Source: Nostoc punctiforme PCC 73102
GTDB taxonomy: Bacteria; Cyanobacteriota; Cyanobacteriia; Cyanobacteriales; Nostocaceae
Assembly: GCF_000020025.1 (NCBI RefSeq)
Contig: NC_010628.1
Location: 8,010,001 to 8,042,000, forward strand
Length of the DNA: 32,000 nt
Reading direction: 5' to 3'
The notes under the pieces were generated by a model, which was not told where the DNA came from, did not search any database, and worked only from the letters and a program-made list of their open reading frames with translations. Made by a program: the position numbers and the translations under genes. This document shows, one piece after another, positions 26,392-32,000 of the stretch (positions are counted from its first letter, which is position 1; every line of letters starts with the position of its first letter).

Positions 26392-28614
26392 CTATACTTT
26401 GAGGACGTGTTCAGGAGCTTGTTGTCGGATAGGCACTTGAATTATGAAATTAGTGCCTTGCCCAAGGCTAGAAAAACATAGCAATTTCCCACCATGTTTT
26501 TCCGTAATGATTTGGTAGCTGATTGCCATACCCATGCCTGTTCCTTTGCCTACAGGTTTGGTAGTAAAAAATGGATCGAAGATCCGGTTTTGAACCGATT
26601 CTGGCATTCCTTGTGCGTTATCAGCGATCGCAATTTCTATTGATTGTGAATCAACTACTGAAGTACGAATAGTAATTTGACTGGGATTTTTCTCTATCTG
26701 TTGAGAGGTACGCTTGATATCCAACTCATCAAGGGCATCCATTGCATTTACCAGAACATTCATTAATACTTGGTTGAGTTGACCAGGATAGCATTCCACT
26801 TGCGGCAAGTTGCCATAATTTTTAACAACTTCAATTGCTGGACGGTCTGGTTTATCTTTGAGGCGATGTTGCAGAATTAAAAGCGTACTTTCGATGCCTT
26901 CATGAATATCAACGGCTTTAAATTCTGCTTCATCCATACGCGAAAAATTCCGCAGCGATCGCACAATATTACGAATCCTCTCAGTCCCCATTTTCATTGA
27001 AGGCAGTATCTTTTGCAAATCTTCAATGAGAAATTCTAGATCGATTTCCTCTGCTAATGCTTGAATTTCTGGGTCATGACTAGAATAGCGTTCTTGGTAG
27101 AGATAAATCATCTGTAACAAGTTTTGAGTATATTCATCCAAGTGAGTAATATTGCCGTGAATAAAGTTGACTGGGTTATTGATTTCATGGGCAATACCTG
27201 CTACTAGTTGGCCCAGGCTAGACATTTTTTCACTTTGGAGTACTTGTGCTTGGGTACGCTGCAATTCGCTCATGGCTGTTTTGAGTTCAACAGTTCGTTC
27301 TTCGACTCGCGCTTCTAGTTCGGCATTACTGTTTTCTAAAGCAATAAAGGATTCGCGTAATTGCCCTCCCATGTGATTAAAAGAGTGGGCAAGAGTGTTG
27401 AGTTCATGGATATTGCCCTCTGGGAGTGTCTGCTCTAAATCACCAAATGCTATTGCTTGGGTGGTCTGATTCAAACGCAAGATCGGATCTGCAATCCGAC
27501 GCGAGGTAAATATGCCAATCATCGTTGCTACTATCAGTGCCCCAAAACACAGCAGGATGCTAATTTGGGTGTTGGCATAGATTTGCGCCATGTAAGTTTT
27601 TTCCGGAGTACCAACTACCACTAACCAGTCCAAACCATGTTGGTCACGCCAAGGTACAACATGCACGTAGAAATTTTCTCCTTGAACATTAATTTTCAGT
27701 TTTTGGGTATTGGCAACGGACTGGAAATTTGGAATGCGCTGCTGAAGCTGCTTGGCAATGCTTTGTAGCACCGGATTGGGGCTGTCGATCGCTTTAAGGC
27801 GTTTAATTTCGTTATTGACTACGGTAAAAGGCTTTTCTTGAGCAGAATTGGCAACTAACATACCATCACGCTCCATAATAAAAACTTGTCCGAAGCGGCT
27901 GACATCTAATTTTTGTAAAAATTCACTGAGTTTCAACAGGTGAATTTCAGCCCCCACAACACCAATCAGTTTTTTGCTGGCATCATAAATCGGACGACCT
28001 GCGGATGCCACAATATAAGGGGGATAAGCAGGATCGTAATAAGTATAAATGCGAACCCAGATAGGTTTCCCGGCTTTGACAGGTTCAGTGTAGGCAAGTT
28101 CATTGAGGGTATCCCAAGTACTGGTCGTCATCACTTTGGTTGGGTTGCCATCATTATCTGTTAAGTAAGTTTTCGTATTTTTCGGCAGACTTGGCGTTTT
28201 GATCGCATTATCATCGATTGTCACCGTTTTGCCATCGTAACGGCCGGCTCCAGTTCCTTCCCCAGTTGCTAGGTTCAAGCTGATAAAGGTTAGGTCATAG
28301 GCTTGCATTTCGTGCCAGAAGTACTTGCCAACCTTGAGGCGATCGCGCACATTCAGCAATCCCATGCGAATTGCATCCGCATTTAACTGGATAACTTTAT
28401 GAGGAATCGACAGGTAAGCATCTAAATGTTGATTTACCTCACCACTGGTTCGCTCCATCAACTGATCCGCTAGATCGTTCACTGCTTTCTCGCCATTTTT
28501 AAACGACAGATACCCGACCAGCCCCACGATGCTAAAAAGTTGCAATACGAAAGGAACGACCAGAACAAGCTGTAATGAAAATGCACGGACTTTGCTAGAT
28601 GGATGTATCTTCAT
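26392..28614 (-). CDS. Sensor histidine kinase: TM, periplasmic Cache-like domain, TM, HAMP, coiled coil, HisKA, HATPase
   Basis: Two TM helices bracket a ~300-aa extracytoplasmic domain. The HAMP region reads RRIADPILRLNQTTQAIAFGDL. The H-box is GIAHEINNP, the N-box NVLVNAMDA, and the G-boxes DNAQGM and GKGTGMGM. No response regulator is adjacent. Confidence 0.9.
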   Translation of the reverse strand: MKIHPSSKVRAFSLQLVLVVPFVLQLFSIVGLVGYLSFKNGEKAVNDLADQLMERTSGEVNQHLDAYLSIPHKVIQLNADAIRMGLLNVRDRLKVGKYFWHEMQAYDLTFISLNLATGEGTGAGRYDGKTVTIDDNAIKTPSLPKNTKTYLTDNDGNPTKVMTTSTWDTLNELAYTEPVKAGKPIWVRIYTYYDPAYPPYIVASAGRPIYDASKKLIGVVGAEIHLLKLSEFLQKLDVSRFGQVFIMERDGMLVANSAQEKPFTVVNNEIKRLKAIDSPNPVLQSIAKQLQQRIPNFQSVANTQKLKINVQGENFYVHVVPWRDQHGLDWLVVVGTPEKTYMAQIYANTQISILLCFGALIVATMIGIFTSRRIADPILRLNQTTQAIAFGDLEQTLPEGNIHELNTLAHSFNHMGGQLRESFIALENSNAELEARVEERTVELKTAMSELQRTQAQVLQSEKMSSLGQLVAGIAHEINNPVNFIHGNITHLDEYTQNLLQMIYLYQERYSSHDPEIQALAEEIDLEFLIEDLQKILPSMKMGTERIRNIVRSLRNFSRMDEAEFKAVDIHEGIESTLLILQHRLKDKPDRPAIEVVKNYGNLPQVECYPGQLNQVLMNVLVNAMDALDELDIKRTSQQIEKNPSQITIRTSVVDSQSIEIAIADNAQGMPESVQNRIFDPFFTTKPVGKGTGMGMAISYQIITEKHGGKLLCFSSLGQGTNFIIQVPIRQQAPEHVLKV

Positions 28615-29016
28615 GAGTGGTAAATCTTGGTTCGCGCAGGTCTTTGTCTAACCTAGATTACCCATGAGCAACTTCGGACTATCAAAATAATGTTGTGTTT
28701 AATTAAGAAAAGAATAATTAATAGGCAATATCTCTATTTACAATTCGTCAAATGATTGCTATTGGACTTAATTTTACAAAATAGTCTTTTTGCAAAAATT
28801 AAATTACTAAAATAGTTATAATTTAGGCTATTTTCTAGTATAAATACTAATTTAAATCAACTTAATTATTTAGTTACTTTCAGTGCCTTTACTCAAGATT
28901 TATAAAGTTATAAAAGTTATTTTGGTTATATAAAATGTCAGTTTTACGTTAATTTATAGCAAATTTTAAAGCTAGATTGGCATTTAGAAAATCTATAACA
29001 AAGGACTAAAATTTTA

Positions 29017-29748
29017 ATGGAATTTAATCACTTAACAAAGCAGCTTAATCAACTGCTCGCTCAGGATTATGTGGCATTTAGCATTACAGAAAATCCTGTT
29101 GTACAAATGCTGAGTCAAGCAAGCTTTGCTCAGATTGCTTATGTCATGCAGCAATATTCGATTTTTCCAAAGGAGTTGGTGGGTTTCACAGAGTTAGCAA
29201 GACGGAAAGCCCTAGGTGCAGGATGGAACGGTGTAGCTCAGGAACTTCAAGAAAACATAGATGAAGAAATGGGTAGCACAACTGGAGGAATCTCTCATTA
29301 CACGCTTTTAGCTGACGGGCTGGAAGAAGGGCTGGGTGTTGCTGTGAAAAATACAATGCCGTCAGTTGCTACATCCAAACTGCTAAGAACTGTGCTATCG
29401 CTATTCGATCGCCAAGTAGACTATGTGCTTGGGGCAACCTATGCGATCGAGGCAACCTCAATTCCTGAGTTAACTCTGATTGTGAAACTTGTAGAGTGGT
29501 TGCACGAAGGAGCAATCCCCAAAGATTTGCAATATTTCTTTAGCAAACATTTAGATGAGTGGGAAATTGAACATGAAGCGGGCTTAAGAACATCTGTGGC
29601 AGCCTACATACAACCCGAAGAATTTGGAGAGTTTGCAGCAGGGTTCCGAGCAATGATTGATGCAATGCAGGTCTGGTGGCAGGAATTAGCGCAAGAGGCA
29701 ATCTCATCTGAAGTTGTTCTGAGTACAGCGATCGCTCAACACCACTGA
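29017..29748 (+). CDS. Heme-oxygenase-like fold iron-containing redox enzyme family protein (HDO/PqqC/TenA-like; possibly DUF3865)
   Basis: AAGGAC lies upstream of ATG 29017. The protein is all-helical. Carboxylate/His-rich segments are spaced as in HO-like di-iron enzymes: ENIDEEMG...ISHYTLLADGLEEGLG, YAIEATS, HLDEWEIEHEAG. Confidence 0.6.
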   Translation: MEFNHLTKQLNQLLAQDYVAFSITENPVVQMLSQASFAQIAYVMQQYSIFPKELVGFTELARRKALGAGWNGVAQELQENIDEEMGSTTGGISHYTLLADGLEEGLGVAVKNTMPSVATSKLLRTVLSLFDRQVDYVLGATYAIEATSIPELTLIVKLVEWLHEGAIPKDLQYFFSKHLDEWEIEHEAGLRTSVAAYIQPEEFGEFAAGFRAMIDAMQVWWQELAQEAISSEVVLSTAIAQHH

Positions 29749-29767
29749 TTAAATAGAACTTAATACT

Positions 29768-30871
29768 ATGAATATCTTTACCTATCCATCATTCGTGGAT
29801 GAAACTCCTAATACTAATAAACCAAAATTTGGACTACCTGGTGGTTACTACTTTAGCGAGCAAATTTTTGCTTATGAGCAGCAAACTATCTGGCGTAACA
29901 CCTGGCAGTTTGTAGGACGTGAATCCGATCTACCTAATCCTGGGGACTATTTAACTTGCCAAGTTGGCGATCAGCCCATGTTCGTGATTCGAGATAATAA
30001 TGGCATATTGCGAGGGATGCACAATGTTTGTCCGCATCGCGGAGCGCAGATGTTGCAAGGGCAGGGTCATTGTCAACGGGTGCGTTGTCCGTATCATGGT
30101 TGGAACTTCAATTATGAAGGCAATCTTAAAGGTTTACCTCGCGCTGAGTGTTTTCCCAATTTAGATAAGTCGGCTGTCTATCTAGCTAAGGGAAGAGTAG
30201 AGACATGGGGTGGTTTTATCTTTGTTCATTCAGAAGCAGAAGGGGAATCTTTAGTAAGTTATTTGGCTGGATTTTCAGCTTACTTAGAGCAATATCAGCA
30301 CCGTTGGCAGGAACTTCAGCAGGTTGACCACTGGTTTTATGAAGAGCCAGCCAATTGGAAATTTCCCATTGAGAATTATCTAGAGTGTTATCACTTGTCA
30401 GTTGTTCATGCCCAAAGTTTAAAGTGTTTCGATCCGAAGAATATTATTTACACTCCAACTGGGCGACATTATCAGATATTTGTTCCTTTTACAGATGATG
30501 AATTTGTCAAAGATCACCCCGCTTTTTCAGGAGAACCAAGGGGACAATCTTACCAGGGGTTCATCTTTCCCAATATGATGATTAATACTGCAAGAGACAA
30601 AGTTTCAGTTTTTCGGCTGACCCCTTTATCTCCCACAAAAACTAAGTTTGAGGTTTTTATTTATCAAACAAAAGCCCAGATTGAAGCATTTCCTTATAAG
30701 CAAGATGAATTTCGACCTGAATTTGAGCGGGTGTTAAATGAAGACTTTGGGGTGGTGCGATCGCTACAAGCAAGTGTTCATTCCAAAGCTTATGGTGTAC
30801 TTCAGCTTGCAGACATTGAATATGGGATTTCTCACTTCCATCAAGTTCTGTCGAAGTACTACCAACCCTAA
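29768..30871 (+). CDS. Rieske [2Fe-2S] non-heme iron oxygenase, alpha-subunit type
   Basis: The Rieske motif is CPHRGAQM...(17 aa)...CPYHGWNF. The mononuclear iron motif is ENYLECYHLSVVH (D/E-x2-H-x4-H). It starts 19 nt after the preceding gene. Confidence 0.88.
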   Translation: MNIFTYPSFVDETPNTNKPKFGLPGGYYFSEQIFAYEQQTIWRNTWQFVGRESDLPNPGDYLTCQVGDQPMFVIRDNNGILRGMHNVCPHRGAQMLQGQGHCQRVRCPYHGWNFNYEGNLKGLPRAECFPNLDKSAVYLAKGRVETWGGFIFVHSEAEGESLVSYLAGFSAYLEQYQHRWQELQQVDHWFYEEPANWKFPIENYLECYHLSVVHAQSLKCFDPKNIIYTPTGRHYQIFVPFTDDEFVKDHPAFSGEPRGQSYQGFIFPNMMINTARDKVSVFRLTPLSPTKTKFEVFIYQTKAQIEAFPYKQDEFRPEFERVLNEDFGVVRSLQASVHSKAYGVLQLADIEYGISHFHQVLSKYYQP

Positions 30872-30909
30872 TATACTTTCCTCAGTATCAAGTCTAGAAG
30901 ATTGATGAC

Positions 30910-31026
30910 AATGGGAGCATCTCACTGAGCTTGCTTTTGTTCTGGGGTCATTTGTAAGTAAATATACTCTTTTTATTTATCATGACTGATTTTCGCCCTC
31001 TTTGCAAAAAACTGGGATGCTCCCCT
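30910..31026. repeat. MITE-like element with imperfect terminal inverted repeats
   Basis: atgggagcatctcactg (30911-30927) matches the reverse complement of 31010-31026 at 13 of 17 positions, with the core gggagcatc / gatgctccc. The left end shares a 17-nt identity with 25950-25966, next to the transposase relic. Confidence 0.4.
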
Positions 31027-31099
31027 ATGGAATATTCAAGCATTAACAACTAACAATCATCTACCTATTATCTTAAATCCAGTTTTAATAATAGCTCAC

Positions 31100-31282
31100 T
31101 TGGTATTATCGGCTCATTTCATTGAAGCAATAATTGCCGCTTTTTATGCACCCGCGAAAAATCAAAAGCCAATTCAATATGGAATTTATACTTTTTTTGT
31201 GGGTACAATTGGTTTATTAGAATTTTTTGAAAATCCTTCCCAGATCCCCGAATTATCTAATAAATTGGAATCTGAGCCATAG
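31100..31282 (+). CDS. Small hypothetical membrane protein (start uncertain)
   Basis: TTG-started 60-aa track ORF. The frame stays open upstream to 30986, with a further hydrophobic stretch (LPIILNPVLIIAHLVLSAHFIEAIIAAF) but no ATG. It overlaps the MITE-like element, so it may not be a real gene. Confidence 0.25.
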   Translation: MVLSAHFIEAIIAAFYAPAKNQKPIQYGIYTFFVGTIGLLEFFENPSQIPELSNKLESEP

Positions 31283-31287
31283 ATGTT

Positions 31288-32000
31288 ATGTCAAACTCGC
31301 TGAAAGCATCAACAGCAGGATTAGCAATTGTAGACAAATCACGTCAACGTCTAGGTTGGACAAAAACTAGCACCGCACGCTGGTGGCAAGATGCTCATAC
31401 CTCTAGAGCTACTTTACGCCGATTTTGGCAAGGCGATCGCATCCAGCGAGAAATTTTCATCGCTATCTGTCAAGCTGTTGGTATTGGAAACTGGGAAGCG
31501 ATCGCAGAATTATCCAATGCAGACTTAGAATCTACTGTAGTTATCCCCACACCTTATTTAGATTGCAATGAAGCACCCGATCTCGAAAGCTTCTATGGAC
31601 GAAATCAGGAATTGGCACAATTAGAAGAATGGCTTACCAGCCAAAACTGTAAATTAGTCACTATTAACGGTATTGCTGGTATTGGCAAAACCGCCCTAGC
31701 ACTGGCTTTAGTAGACCGCATTCAGTTAAAATTTGATTGTTTAATTTGGAAGTCTCTGCAAACTTCCCCATCTCTCATTTCCCTACTGAATAGCCTACTA
31801 AACTCCTTTGAGCAAGGCGTTGTTGTGCAGAATATTCAACAAGGTACGGCACAGCTTATACAGCAGTTACAAAAACATCATTGTCTGTTGATATTAGATG
31901 GATTAGAAGCTATTTTCTCGCAGCCAGAAGACCTCAGCTATGGTCAATTTATCCAACAATTAAGTCGAGAACGGCATCAAAGTTGTATTCTGATTAGCAG
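31288..32000 (+). CDS. STAND-class P-loop NTPase (NB-ARC/NACHT-like) with N-terminal HTH-like module; 3' end outside window
   Basis: Hand translation from ATG 31288 gives 237 codons with no stop to the window edge. It reads MSNSLKASTAGLAIVDKSRQRLGWTKTS...RRFWQGDRIQREIFIAICQAVGIGNWEAI...FYGRNQELAQLEEWL...TINGIAGIGKTALALAL (Walker A)...HHCLLILDGLE (Walker B). It is absent from the ORF track because it lacks a stop in the window. Confidence 0.85.
   Translation, partial: MSNSLKASTAGLAIVDKSRQRLGWTKTSTARWWQDAHTSRATLRRFWQGDRIQREIFIAICQAVGIGNWEAIAELSNADLESTVVIPTPYLDCNEAPDLESFYGRNQELAQLEEWLTSQNCKLVTINGIAGIGKTALALALVDRIQLKFDCLIWKSLQTSPSLISLLNSLLNSFEQGVVVQNIQQGTAQLIQQLQKHHCLLILDGLEAIFSQPEDLSYGQFIQQLSRERHQSCILIS

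Noticed and set aside
1-32000. CRISPR arrays, tRNA, rRNA, tmRNA and RNase P RNA
   Set aside because: I saw no regularly spaced 25-40-nt direct repeats and no T-loop/acceptor-like or rRNA-like sequence in the intergenic regions on visual inspection. A covariance-model scan would be needed to be certain.

Overview
This 32-kb chromosomal window looks like a filamentous Nostoc/Anabaena-type cyanobacterium. I infer that from frequent HIP1 octamers GCGATCGC (e.g. 104-111, 116-123, 23055-23062, 23079-23086), STRR-like heptamer arrays, Nostoc-style short dispersed repeats and a panC-cmk fusion gene. I see about 24 credible protein genes and found no rRNA, tRNA or CRISPR array by eye.

The left half (1-15.7 kb) is mostly housekeeping and stress genes. 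It holds an acr3-arsC-arsH arsenic operon, a PHP phosphoesterase, a PurM-like gene with raised GC, Fe-SOD, panC-cmk, RlpA, glutaminase, a DUF1838-like protein, an AbrB-family membrane protein and a 1-Cys peroxiredoxin.

The right half looks accessory and partly decayed:
- A gene-poor, repeat-rich stretch (15.7-17.8 kb) contains a candidate double-glycine leader peptide gene and an IS630-like transposase pseudogene.
- A contiguous module follows (17.8-22.8 kb): HlyD-type adaptor, PilZ-bearing GT2 beta-glycan synthase and a GH10-like hydrolase. It resembles the genetically proposed cyanobacterial Xcs tripartite exopolysaccharide system rather than a canonical bcs operon.
- Next is a large VIT-vWA protein. 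Upstream of it lies a nonsense-mutated relic of the N-terminal module of a STAND NTPase, and an intact paralog starts at 31288 and runs off the window. That gene is missing from the supplied ORF track.
- Between the two STAND copies lie an ISKra4-like transposase relic, an orphan Cache-HAMP histidine kinase and a tightly linked pair: a heme-oxygenase-like iron enzyme and a Rieske oxygenase of unknown role.

All family calls come from motifs read in the translations plus recollection. No database search was run.
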